64,000 bases of DNA from Eledone cirrhosa. Its lineage: Eukaryota. The notes beneath the pieces are model-generated. The model saw only the letters and a program-made list of their open reading frames with translations, was not told where the DNA came from and made no database searches. This document shows, piece by piece, positions 13,750-27,150 of this stretch (positions are counted from its first letter, which is position 1; the number at the start of each line of letters is the position of its first letter). A program made the translations under genes and the position numbers. The stretch covers positions 59,582,001-59,646,000 of the forward strand of contig OZ024745.1 in NCBI GenBank assembly GCA_964016885.1. Direction: 5' to 3'.

Positions 13750-15420
13750 GAACCTCGATTTGGTGTGAAAACCTCGACTTGGAGTGAGAACCTCGATTTG
13801 GTGTGAAAACCTCGACTTGGAGTGAGAACCTCGATTTGGTGTGAAAACCTCGACTTGGAGTGAGAACCTCGATTTGGTGTGAAAACCTCGACTTGGAGTG
13901 AGAACCTCGACTTGGAGTGAAAACCTCGACTTGGAGTGAAAACCTCGACTTGGAGTGAGAACCTCGACTTGGAGTGAAAACCTCGATTTGGAGTGAAAAC
14001 CTCGATTTGGAGTGAAAACCTCGACTTGGAGTGAGAACCTCGACTTGGAGTGAGAACCTCGAGTTGGAGTGAGAACCTCGACTTGGAGTGAGAACCTCGA
14101 GTTGGAGTGAGAACCTCGACTTGGAGTGAAAACCTCGACTTGGAGTGAGAACCTCGACTTGGAGTGAAAACCTCGACTTGGAGTGAAAACCTCGACTTGG
14201 AGTGAGAACCTCGACTTGGAGTGAAAACCTCGACTTGGAGTGAAAACCTCGACTTGGAGTGAAAACCTCGACTTGGAGTGAAAACCTCGACTTGGAGTGA
14301 AAACCTCGACTTGGAGTGAGAACCTCGACTTGGAGTGAAAACCTCGACTTGGAGTGAAAACCTCGACTTGGAGTGAAAACCTCGACTTGGAGTGAAAACC
14401 TCGACTTGGAGTGAGAACCTCGCCTTGGAGTGAAAACCTCGACTTGGAGTGAAAACCTGGACTTGGAGTGAAAACCTCGACTTGGAGTGAAAACCTCGAC
14501 TTGGAGTGAGAACCTCGACTTGGAGTGAAAACCTCGATTTGGAGTGAAAACCTCGACTTGGAGTGAGAACCTCGACTTGGAGTGAGAACCTCGACTTGGA
14601 GTGAGAACCTCGACTTGGAGTGAGAACCTCGAGTTGGAGTGAGAACCTCGACTTGGAGTGAAAACCTCGACTTGGAGTGAGAACCTCGATTTGGTGTGAA
14701 AACCTCGACTTGGAGTGAGAACCTCGATTTGGTGTGAAAACCTCGACTTGGAGTGAGAACCTCGATTTGGTGTGAAAACCTCGACTTGGAGTGAGAACCT
14801 CGACTTGGAGTGAAAACCTCGACTTGGAGTGAAAACCTCGACTTGGAGTGAGAACCTCGACTTGGAGTGAAAACCTCGATTTGGAGTGAAAACCTCGATT
14901 TGGAGTGAAAACCTCGACTTGGAGTGAGAACCTCGACTTGGAGTGAGAACCTCGAGTTGGAGTGAGAACCTCGACTTGGAGTGAGAACCTCGAGTTGGAG
15001 TGAGAACCTCGACTTGGAGTGAAAACCTCGACTTGGAGTGAGAACCTCGACTTGGAGTGAAAACCTCGACTTGGAGTGAAAACCTCGACTTGGAGTGAGA
15101 ACCTCGACTTGGAGTGAAAACCTCGACTTGGAGTGAAAACCTCGACTTGGAGTGAAAACCTCGACTTGGAGTGAAAACCTCGACTTGGAGTGAAAACCTC
15201 GACTTGGAGTGAGAACCTCGACTTGGAGTGAAAACCTCGACTTGGAGTGAAAACCTCGACTTGGAGTGAAAACCTCGACTTGGAGTGAAAACCTCGACTT
15301 GGAGTGAGAACCTCGCCTTGGAGTGAAAACCTCGACTTGGAGTGAAAACCTGGACTTGGAGTGAAAACCTCGACTTGGAGTGAAAACCTCGACTTGGAGT
15401 GAGAACCTCGACTTGGAGTG
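13750..15420. repeat. Tandem duplication of about 893 bp (47 monomers)
   Basis: Markers gagtt 14101/14994 and cctgg 14459/15352 are both offset by 893 bp, with matching A/G patterns in between. Confidence 0.8.
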
Positions 15421-18400
15421 AAAACCTCGACTTGGAGTGAGAACCTCGACTTGGAGTGAGAACCTCGACTTGGAGTGAGAACCTCGACTTGGAGTGAGAA
15501 CCTCGACTTGGAGTGAGAACCTCGACTTGGAGTGAGAACCTCGACTTGGAGTGAGAACCTCGACTTGGAGTGAGAACCTCGACTTGGAGTGAGAACCTCG
15601 ACTTGGAGTCAAAACCTCGACTTGGAGTGAGAACCTCGACTTGGAGTGAAAACCTCGACTTGGAGTGAGAACCTCGACTTGGAGTGAAAACCTCGACTTG
15701 GAGTGAGAACCTCGATTTGGTGTGAAAACCTCGACTTGGAGTGAGAACCTCGATTTGGTGTGAAAACCTCGACTTGGAGTGAGAACCTCGATTTGGTGTG
15801 AAAACCTCGACTTGGAGTGAGAACCTCGATTTGGTGTGAAAACCTCGACTTGGAGTGAGAACCTCGATTTGGTGTGAAAACCTCGACTTGGAGTGAGAAC
15901 CTCGATTTGGAGAGAAAACCTCGACTTGGAGTGAAAACCTCGACTTAGAGTGAGAACCTCGACTTGGAGTGAAAACCTCGACTTGGAGTGAGAACCTCGA
16001 CTTGGAGTGAAAACCTCGACTTGGAGTGAGAACCTCGACTTGGAGTGAAAACCTCGACTTGGAGTGAGAACCTCGACTTGGAGTGAAAACCTCGACTTGG
16101 AGTGAGAACCTCGACTTGGAGTGAAAACCTCGACTTGGAGTGAAAACCTCGACTTGGAGTGAGAACCTCGACTTGGAGTGAAAACCTCGACTTGGAGTGA
16201 GAACCTCGACTTGGAGTGAAAACCTCGACTTGGAGTGAGAACCTCGACTTGGAGTGAAAACCTCGACTTGGAGTGAAAACCTCGCCTTGGAGTGAAAACC
16301 TCGACTTGGAGTGAAAACCTCGACTTGGAGTGAAAACCTCGACTTGGAGTGAAAACCTCGACTTGGAGTGAGAACCTCGACTTGGAGTGAAAACCTCGAC
16401 TTGGAGTGAAAACCTCGATTTGGAGTGAAAACCTCGAGTTGGAGTGAGAACCTCGACTTGGAGTGAGAACCTCGACTTGGAGTGAGAACCTCGACTTGGA
16501 GTGAAAACCTCGACTTGGAGTGAGAACCTCGACTTGGAGTGAAAACCTCGACTTGGAGTGAGAACCTCGACTTGGAGTGAAAACCTCGACTTGGAGTGAG
16601 AACCTCGCCTTGGAGTGAAAACCTCGACTTGGAGTGAAAACCTCGACTTGGAGTGAAAACCTCGACTTGGAGTGAAAACCTCGACTTGGAGTGAGAACCT
16701 CGACTTGGAGTGAAAACCTCGACTTGGAGTGAGAACCTCGACTTGGAGTGAAAACCTCGACTTGGAGTGAGAACCTCGACTTGGAGTGAAAACCTCGACT
16801 TGGAGTGAAAACCTCGACTTGGAGTGAAAACCTCGATTTGGAGTGAAAACCTCGACTTGGAGTGAAAACCTCGACTTGGAGTGAGAACCTCGACTTGGAG
16901 TGAGAACCTCGACTTGGAGTGAAAAACTCGACATGCAGTGAAAACCTCGACTTGGAGTGAGAACCTCGACTTGGAGTGAAAACCTCGAGTTGGAGTGAAA
17001 ACCTCGACTTGGAGTGAAAACCTCGACTTGGAGTGAAAACCTCGATTTGGAGTGAAAACCTAGACTTGGAGTGAAAACCTCGATTTGGAGTGAAAACCTA
17101 GACTTGGAGTGAAAATCTCGATTTGGAGTGAAAACCTCGATTTGGAGTGAAAACCTCGACTTGGAGTGAGAACCTCGACTTGGAGTGAGAACCTCGAGTT
17201 GGAGTGAGAACCTCGACTTGGAGTGAAAACCTCGACTTGGAGTGAGAACCTCGACTTGGAGTGAAAACCTCGACTTGGAGTGAAAACCTCGACTTGGAGT
17301 GAAAACCTCGACTTGGAGTGAAAACCTCGATTTGGAGTGAAAACCTCGACTTGGAGTGAAAACCTCGACTTGGAGTGAAAACCTCGACTTGGAGTGAAAA
17401 CCTCGACTTGGAGTGAGAACCTCGACTTGGAGTGAAAACCTCGACTTGGAGTGAGAACCTCGACTTGGAGTGAAAACCTCGACTTGGAGTGAGAACCTCG
17501 ACTTGGAGTGAAAACCTCGACTTGGAGTGAAAACCTCGACTTGGAGTGAGAACCTCGACTTGGAGTGAAAACCTCGACTTGGAGTGAAAACCTCGACTTG
17601 GAGTGAGAACCTCGACTTGGAGTGAAAACCTCGACTTGGAGTGAAAACCTCGACTTGGAGTGAAAACTTCGACTTGGAGTGAAAACCTCGACTTGGAGTG
17701 AGAACCTCGACTTGGAGTGAGAACCTCGATTTGGAGTGAGAACCTCGACTTGGAGTGAAAACCTCGACTTGGAGTGAAAACCTCGACTTGGAGTGAGAAC
17801 CTCGACTTGGAGTGAGAACCTCGACTTGGAGTGAAAACCGCGACTTGGAGTGAAAACCGCGACTTGGAGTGAAAATCGCGACTTGGAGTGAAAACCTCGA
17901 CTTGGAGTGAGAACCTCGACTTGGAGTGAAAACCTCGACTTGGAGTGAGAACCTCGACTTGGAGTGAAAACCTCGACTTGGAGTGAGAACCTCGACTTGG
18001 AGTGAGAACCTCGACTTGGAGTGAAAACCTCGACTTGGAGTGAGAACCTCGACTTGGAGTGAAAACCTCGACTTGGAGTGAAAACCTCGACTTGGAGTGA
18101 AAACCTCGACTTGGAGTGAAAACCTCGACTTGGAGTGAGAACCTCGACTTGGAGTGAAAACCTCGATTTGGAGTGAAAACCTCGATTTGGAGTGAAAACC
18201 TCGACTTGGAGTGAGAACCTCGACTTGGAGTGAGAACCTCGAGTTGGAGTGAGAACCTCGACTTGGAGTGAAAACCTCGACTTGGAGTGAGAACCTCGAC
18301 TTGGAGTGAAAACCTCGACTTGGAGTGAGAACCTCGACTTGGAGTGAAAACCTCGACTTGGAGTGAGAACCTCGCCTTGGAGTGAAAACCTCGACTTGGA

Positions 18401-20149
18401 GTGAAAACCTCGACTTGGAGTGAGAACCTCGACTTGGAGTGAAAACCTCGACTTGGAGTGAGAACCTCGACTTGGAGTGAAAACCTCGACTTGGAGTGAG
18501 AACCTCGACTTGGAGTGAAAACCTCGACTTGGAGTGAAAACCTCGACTTGGAGTGAAAACCTCGACTTGGAGTGAAAACCTCGACTTGGAGTGAAAACCT
18601 CGATTTGGAGTGAAAACCTCGACTTGGAGTGAAAACCTCGACTTGGAGTGAGAACCTCGACTTGGAGTGAGAACCTCGACTTGGAGTGAAAAACTCGACA
18701 TGCAGTGAAAACCTCGACTTGGAGTGAGAACCTCGACTTGGAGTGAAAACCTCGACTTGGAGTGAAAACCTCGACTTGGAGTGAAAACCTCGACTTGGAG
18801 TGAAAACCTCGATTTGGAGTGAAAACCTCGACTTGGAGTGAAAACCTCGACTTGGAGTGAAAACCTCGACTTGGAGTGAGAACCTCGCCTTGGAGTGAAA
18901 ACCTCGACTTGGAGTGAAAACCTGGACTTGGAGTGAAAACCTCGACTTGGAGTGAAAACCTCGACTTGGAGTGAGAACCTCGGCTTGGAGTGAAAACCTC
19001 GACTTGGAGTGAGAACCTCGACTTGGAGTGAAAACCTCGACTTGGAGTGAGAACCTCGACTTGGAGTGAAAACCTCGACTTGGAGTGAAAACCTCGACTT
19101 GGAGTGAGAACCTCGACTTGGAGTGAGAACCTCGACTTGGAGTGAGAACCTCGACTTGGAGTGAGAACCTCGACTTGGAGTGAGAACCTCGACTTGGAGT
19201 GAAAACCTCGACTTGGAGTGAAAACCTCGACTTGGAGTGAGAACTCGACTTGGAGTGAGAACCTCGACTTGGAGTGAAAACCTCGACTTGGAGTGAGAAC
19301 CTCGACTTGGAGTGAAAACCTCGACTTGGAGTGAGAACCTCGACTTGGAGTGAAAACCTCGACTTGGAGTGAAAACCTCGACTTGGAGTGAAAACCTCGA
19401 CTTGGAGTGAAAACCTCGACTTGGAGTGAAAACCTCGACTTGGAGTGAGATCCTCGACTTGGAGTGAAAACCTCGACTTGGAGTGAAAACCTCGACTTGG
19501 AGTGAAAACCTCGACTTGGAGTGAAAACCTCGACTTGGAGTGAGAACCTCGCCTTGGAGTGAAAACCTCGACTTGGAGTGAAAACCTGGACTTGGAGTGA
19601 AAACCTCGACTTGGAGTGAAAACCTCGACTTGGAGTGAGAACCTCGACTTGGAGTGAAAACCTCGACTTGGAGTGAGAACCTCGACTTGGAGTGAAAACC
19701 TCGACTTGGAGTGAAAACCTCGACTTGGAGTGAAAACCTCGACTTGGAGTGAGAACCTCGACTTGGAGTGAGAACCTCGACTTGGAGTGAGAACCTCGAC
19801 TTGGAGTGAGAACCTCGACTTGGAGTGAGAACCTCGACTTGGAGTGAGAACCTCGACTTGGAGTGAGAACCTCGACTTGGAGTGAGAACCTCGACTTGGA
19901 GTGAGAACCTCGACTTGGAGTGAAAACCTCGACTTGGAGTGAAAACCTCGACTTGGAGTGAGAACCTCGACTTGGAGTGAGAACCTCGACTTGGAGTGAA
20001 AACCTCGACTTGGAGTGAGAACCTCGACTTGGAGTGAAAACCTCGACTTGGAGTGAGAACCTCGATTTGGTGTGAAAACCTCGACTTGGAGTGAGAACCT
20101 CGATTTGGTGTGAAAACCTCGACTTGGAGTGAGAACCTCGATTTGGTGT

Positions 20150-23100
20150 GAAAACCTCGACTTGGAGTGAGAACCTCGATTTGGTGTGAAAATCTCGACT
20201 TGGAGTGAGAACCTCGATTTGGAGAGAAACCTCGACTTGGAGTGAGAACCTCGATTTGGAGTGAGAACCTCGACTTGGAGTGAAAACCTCGACTTAGAGT
20301 GAGAACCTCGACTTGGAGTGAAAACCTCGACTTGGAGTGAAAACCTCGACTTGGAGTGAGAACCTCGATTTGGAGAGAAAACCTCGACTTGGAGTGAGAA
20401 CCTCGACTTGGAGTGAAAACCTCGACTTGGAGTGAGAACCTCGACTTGGAGTGAAAACCTCGACTTGGAGTGAGAACCTCGACTTGGAGTGAAAACCTCG
20501 ACTTGGAGTGAAAACCTCGACTTGGAGTGAGAACCTCGACTTGGAGTGAAAACCTCGACTTGGAGTGAGAACCTCGACTTGGAGTGAAAACCTCGACTTG
20601 GAGTGAGAACCTCGACTTGGAGTGAAAACCTCGACTTGGAGTGAAAACCTCGACTTGGAGTGAGAACCTCGACTTGGAGTGAAAACCTCGACTTGGAGTG
20701 AAAACCTCGACTTGGAGTGAGAACCTCGACTTGGAGTGAAAACCTCGACTTGGAGTGAAAACCTCGACTTGGAGTGAAAACCTCGACTTGGAGTGAAAAC
20801 CTCGACTTGGAGTGAAAACCTCGACTTGGAGTGAAAACCTCGACTTGGAGTGAAAACCTCGACTTGGAGTGAGAACCTCGACTTGGAGTGAAAACCTCGA
20901 CTTGGAGTGAAAACCTCGATTTGGAGTGAAAACCTCGAGTTGGAGTGAGAACCTCGACTTGGAGTGAGAACCTCGACTTGGAGTGAGAACCTCGACTTGG
21001 AGTGAAAACCTCGACTTGGAGTGAGAACCTCGACTTGGAGTGAAAACCTCGACTTGGAGTGAGAACCTCGACTTGGAGTGAAAACCTCGACTTGGAGTGA
21101 GAACCTCGCCTTGGAGTGAAAACCTCGACTTGGAGTGAAAACCTCGACTTGGAGTGAGAACCTCGACTTGGAGTGAAAACCTCGACTTGGAGTGAGAACC
21201 TCGACTTGGAGTGAAAACCTCGACTTGGAGTGAGAACCTCGACTTGGAGTGAAAACCTCGACTTGGAGTGAAAACCTCGACTTGGAGTGAGAACCTCGAC
21301 TTGGAGTGAAAACCTCGACTTGGAGTGAGAACCTCGACTTGGAGTGAAAACCTCGACTTGGAGTGAAAACCTCGCCTTGGAGTGAAAACCTCGACTTGGA
21401 GTGAAAACCTCGACTTGGAGTGAAAACCTCGACTTGGAGTGAAAACCTCGACTTGGAGTGAGAACCTCGACTTGGAGTGAAAACCTCGACTTGGAGTGAA
21501 AACCTCGATTTGGAGTGAAAACCTCGAGTTGGAGTGAGAACCTCGACTTGGAGTGAGAACCTCGACTTGGAGTGAGAACCTCGACTTGGAGTGAAAACCT
21601 CGACTTGGAGTGAAAACCTCGATTTGGAGTGAAAACCTCGACTTGGAGTGAAAACCTCGACTTGGAGTGAGAACCTCGACTTGGAGTGAGAACCTCGACT
21701 TGGAGTGAAAAACTCGACATGCAGTGAAAACCTCGACTTGGAGTGAGAACCTCGACTTGGAGTGAAAACCTCGAGTTGGAGTGAAAACCTCGACTTGGAG
21801 TGAAAACCTCGACTTGGAGTGAGAACCTCGATTTGGTGTGAAAACCTCGACTTGGAGTGAGAACCTCGATTTGGAGAGAAACCTCGACTTGGAGTGAGAA
21901 CCTCGATTTGGAGTGAGAACCTCGACTTGGAGTGAAAACCTCGACTTAGAGTGAGAACCTCGACTTGGAGTGAAAACCTCGACTTGGAGTGAAAACCTCG
22001 ACTTGGAGTGAGAACCTCGATTTGGAGAGAAAACCTCGACTTGGAGTGAGAACCTCGACTTGGAGTGAAAACCTCGACTTGGAGTGAGAACCTCGACTTG
22101 GAGTGAAAACCTCGACTTGGAGTGAGAACCTCGACTTGGAGTGAAAACCTCGACTTGGAGTGAGAACCTCGACTTGGAGTGAAAACCTCGACTTGGAGTG
22201 AAAACCTCGACTTGGAGTGAGAACCTCGACTTGGAGTGAAAACCTCGACTTGGAGTGAGAACCTCGACTTGGAGTGAAAACCTCGACTTGGAGTGAGAAC
22301 CTCGACTTGGAGTGAAAACCTCGACTTGGAGTGAAAACCTCGACTTGGAGTGAGAACCTCGACTTGGAGTGAAAACCTCGACTTGGAGTGAAAACCTCGA
22401 CTTGGAGTGAGAACCTCGACTTGGAGTGAAAACCTCGACTTGGAGTTAAAACCTCGCCTTGGAGTGAAAACCTCGACTTGGAGTGAAAACCTCGACTTGG
22501 AGTGAAAACCTCGACTTGGAGTGAAAACCTCGACTTGGAGTGAGAACCTCGACTTGGAGTGAAAACCTCGACTTGGAGTGAAAACCTCGATTTGGAGTGA
22601 AAACCTCGAGTTGGAGTGAGAACCTCGACTTGGAGTGAGAACCTCGACTTGGAGTGAAAACCTCGACTTGGAGTGAAAACCTCGACTTGGAGTGAGAACC
22701 TCGACTTGGAGTGAAAACCTCGACTTGGAGTGAGAACCTCGACTTGGAGTGAAAACCTCGACTTGGAGTGAGAACCTCGCCTTGGAGTGAAAACCTCGAC
22801 TTGGAGTGAAAACCTCGACTTGGAGTGAGAACCTCGACTTGGAGTGAAAACCTCGACTTGGAGTGAGAACCTCGACTTGGAGTGAAAACCTCGACTTGGA
22901 GTGAGAACCTCGACTTGGAGTGAAAACCTCGACTTGGAGTGAAAACCTCGACTTGGAGTGAGAACCTCGACTTGGAGTGAAAACCTCGACTTGGAGTGAG
23001 AACCTCGACTTGGAGTGAAAACCTCGACTTGGAGTGAAAACCTCGCCTTGGAGTGAAAACCTCGACTTGGAGTGAAAACCTCGACTTGGAGTGAAAACCT

Positions 23101-23480
23101 CGACTTGGAGTGAAAACCTCGACTTGGAGTGAGAACCTCGACTTGGAGTGAAAACCTCGACTTGGAGTGAAAACCTCGATTTGGAGTGAAAACCTCGAGT
23201 TGGAGTGAGAACCTCGACTTGGAGTGAGAACCTCGACTTGGAGTGAGAACCTCGACTTGGAGTGAAAACCTCGACTTGGAGTGAAAACCTCGATTTGGAG
23301 TGAAAACCTCGACTTGGAGTGAAAACCTCGACTTGGAGTGAGAACCTCGACTTGGAGTGAGAACCTCGACTTGGAGTGAAAAACTCGACATGCAGTGAAA
23401 ACCTCGACTTGGAGTGAGAACCTCGACTTGGAGTGAAAACCTCGAGTTGGAGTGAAAACCTCGACTTGGAGTGAAAACCT
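20150..23480. repeat. Tandem duplication of about 1.65-1.67 kb (87-88 monomers)
   Basis: The deletion monomer ggagagaaacc (20221/21873) and cttagagtg (20294/21946) are offset by 1652. catgcagtg (21718/23389) is offset by 1671. Confidence 0.85.
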
Positions 23481-23899
23481 CGACTTGGAGTTGAAACCTC
23501 GATTTGGAGTGAAAACCTCGACTTGGAGTGAAAACCTCGACTTGGAGTGAGAGCCTCGACTTGGAGTGAGAACCTCGACTTGGAGTGAAAAACTCGACTT
23601 GGAGTGAAAAACTCGACTTGGAGTGAGAACCTCGACTTGGAGTGAAAACCTCGACTTGGAGTGAAAACCTCGACTTGGAGTGAAAACCTCGACTTGGAGT
23701 GAGAACCTTGCCTTGGAGTGAAAACCTCGCCTTGGAGTGAAAACCTCGACTTTGAGTGAGAACCTCGATTGGAGTGAAAACCTCGACTTGGAGTGAGAAC
23801 CTCGACTTGGAGTGAGAACCTCGACTTGGAGTGAGAACCTCGACTTGGAGTGAAAACCTCGACTTGGAGTGAGAACCTCGACTTGGAGTAAAAACCTCG

Positions 23900-26800
23900 A
23901 CTTGGAGTGAGAACCTCGGCTTGGAGTGAAAACCTCGACTTGGAGTGAGAACCTCGGCTTGGAGTGAAAACCTCGACTTGGAGTGAGAACCTCGACTTGG
24001 AGTGAAAACCTCGACTTGGAGTGAGAACCTCGACTTGGAGTGAAAACCTCGACTTGGAGTGAAAACCTCGACTTGGAGTGAGAACCTCGACTTGGAGTGA
24101 GAACCTCGACTTGGAGTGAGAACCTCGACTTGGAGTGAGAACCTCGACTTGGAGTGAGAACCTCGACTTGGAGTGAAAACCTCGACTTGGAGTGAAAACC
24201 TCGACTTGGAGTGAGAACCTCGACTTGGAGTGAGAACCTCGACTTGGAGTGAAAACCTCGACTTGGAGTGAGAACCTCGACTTGGAGTGAGAACCTCGAC
24301 TTGGAGTGAAAACCTCGACTTGGAGTGAAAACCTCGACTTGGAGTGAAAACCTCGACTTGGAGTGAAAACCTCGACTTGGAGTGAAAACCTCGACTTGGA
24401 GTGAGAACCTCGCCTTGGAGTGAAAACCTCGACTTGGAGTGAAAACCTCGACTTGGAGTGAGAACCTCGACTTGGAGTGAAAACCTCGACTTGGAGTGAG
24501 AACCTCGACTTGGAGTGAAAACCTCGACTTGGAGTGAAAACCTCGACTTGGAGTGAGAACCTCGACTTGGAGTGAGAACCTCGACTTGGAGTGAAAACCT
24601 CGACTTGGAGTGAGAACCTCGACTTGGAGTGAGAACCTCGACTTGGAGTGAGAACCTCGACTTGGAGTGAGAACCTCGACTTGGAGTGAGAACCTCGACT
24701 TGGAGTCAAAACCTCGACTTGGAGTGAGAACCTCGACTTGGAGTCAAAACCTCGACTTGGAGTGAGAACCTCGCCTTGGAGTGAAAACCTCGACTTGGAG
24801 TGAAAACCTCGACTTGGAGTGAAAACCTCGACTTGGAGTGAAAACCTCGACTTGGAGTGAAAACCTCGACTTGGAGTGAGAACCTCGACTTGGAGTGAAA
24901 ACCTCGAGTTGGAGTGAGAACCTCGACTTGGAGTGAAAACCTCGACTTGGAGTGAGAACCTCGACTTGGAGTGAAAACCTCGACTTGGAGTGAGAACCTC
25001 GACTTGGAGTGAAAACCTCGACTTGGAGTGAGAACCTCGACTTGGAGTGAAAACCTCGACTTGGAGTGAGAACCTCGACTTGGAGTGAAAACCTCGACTT
25101 GGAGTGAGAACCTCGACTTGGAGTGAAAAGCTCGACTTGGAGTGAAAACCTCGACTTGGAGTGAAAACCTCGACTTGGAGTGAGAACCTCGACTTGGAGT
25201 GAGAACCTCGACTTGGAGTGAAAACCTCGACTTGGAGTGAGAACCTCGACTTGGAGTGAAAACCTCGACTTGGAGTGAGAACCTCGGCTTGGAGTGAGAA
25301 CCTCGACTTGGAGTGAGAACCTCGACATGTAGTGAAAACCTCGACTTGGAGTGAAAACCTCGACTTGGAGTGAGAACCTCGACTTGGAGTGAAAACCTCG
25401 ACTTGGAGTGAGAACCTCGACTTGGAGTGAAAACCTCGACTTGGAGTGACAACCTCGACTTGGAGTGAAAACCTCGACTTGGAGTGACAACCTCGACTTG
25501 GAGTGAAAACCTCGACTTGGAGTGAGAACCTCGACTTGGAGTAAAAACCTCGACTTGGAGTGAGAACCTCGGCTTGGAGTGAAAACCTCGACTTGGAGTG
25601 AGAACCTCGGCTTGGAGTGAAAACCTCGACTTGGAGTGAGAACCTCGACTTGGAGTGAAAACCTCGACTTGGAGTGAGAACCTCGACTTGGAGTGAAAAC
25701 CTCGACTTGGAGTGAAAACCTCGACTTGGAGTGAGAACCTCGACTTGGAGTGAGAACCTCGACTTGGAGTGAGAACCTCGACTTGGAGTGAGAACCTCGA
25801 CTTGGAGTGAGAACCTCGACTTGGAGTGAAAACCTCGACTTGGAGTGAAAACCTCGACTTGGAGTGAGAACCTCGACTTGGAGTGAGAACCTCGACTTGG
25901 AGTGAAAACCTCGGCTTGGAGTGAGAACCTCGACTTGGAGTGAGAACCTCGACTTGGAGTGAAAACCTCGACTTGGAGTGAAAACCTCGACTTGGAGTGA
26001 AAACCTCGACTTGGAGTGAAAACCTCGACTTGGAGTGAAAACCTCGACTTGGAGTGAGAACCTCGACTTGGAGTGAAAACCTCGACTTGGAGTGAAAACC
26101 TCGACTTGGAGTGAGAACCTCGACTTGGAGTGAAAACCTCGACTTGGAGTGAGAACCTCGACTTGGAGTGAAAACCTCGACTTGGAGTGAAAACCTCGAC
26201 TTGGAGTGAGAACCTCGACTTGGAGTGAGAACCTCGACTTGGAGTGAAAACCTCGACTTGGAGTGAGAACCTCGACTTGGAGTGAGAACCTCGACTTGGA
26301 GTGAGAACCTCGACTTGGAGTGAGAACCTCGACTTGGAGTCAAAACCTCGACTTGGAGTGAGAACCTCGACTTGGAGTCAAAACCTCGACTTGGAGTGAG
26401 AACCTCGCCTTGGAGTGAAAACCTCGACTTGGAGTGAAAACCTCGACTTGGAGTGAAAACCTCGACTTGGAGTGAAAACCTCGACTTGGAGTGAAAACCT
26501 CGACTTGGAGTGAGAACCTCGACTTGGAGTGAAAACCTCGAGTTGGAGTGAGAACCTCGACTTGGAGTGAAAACCTCGACTTGGAGTGAGAACCTCGACT
26601 TGGAGTGAAAACCTCGACTTGGAGTGAGAACCTCGACTTGGAGTGAAAACCTCGACTTGGAGTGAGAACCTCGACTTGGAGTGAAAACCTCGACTTGGAG
26701 TGAGAACCTCGACTTGGAGTGAAAACCTCGACTTGGAGTGAGAACCTCGACTTGGAGTGAAAAGCTCGACTTGGAGTGAAAACCTCGACTTGGAGTGAAA

Positions 26801-27150
26801 ACCTCGACTTGGAGTGAGAACCTCGACTTGGAGTGAGAACCTCGACTTGGAGTGAAAACCTCGACTTGGAGTGAGAACCTCGACTTGGAGTGAAAACCTC
26901 GACTTGGAGTGAGAACCTCGGCTTGGAGTGAGAACCTCGACTTGGAGTGAGAACCTCGACATGTAGTGAAAACCTCGACTTGGAGTGAAAACCTCGACTT
27001 GGAGTGAGAACCTCGACTTGGAGTGAAAACCTCGACTTGGAGTGAGAACCTCGACTTGGAGTGAAAACCTCGACTTGGAGTGACAACCTCGACTTGGAGT
27101 GAAAACCTCGACTTGGAGTGACAACCTCGACTTGGAGTGAAAACCTCGAC
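23900..27150. repeat. Tandem duplication of about 1634 bp (86 monomers)
   Basis: All offset by 1634: the gagtcaaaa pairs 24706,24744 / 26340,26378; gaaaagctc 25130/26764; catgtagtg 25326/26960; and the gtgacaacc pairs 25450,25488 / 27084,27122. Confidence 0.88.

Larger units (their letters stand above)
9600..18800. repeat. Segmental duplication inside the array: about 9.6-13.1 kb repeated at about 15.4-18.8 kb (offset 5814 bp = 306 monomers)
   Basis: Rare markers recur at a constant offset of 5814: cttagagtg 10131/15945, aaaaactcgacatgcagtg 11118/16932 and cctaga 11284/17098. The offset drops to 5700 (300 monomers) at the second catgcagtg (12999/18699). Confidence 0.85.
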
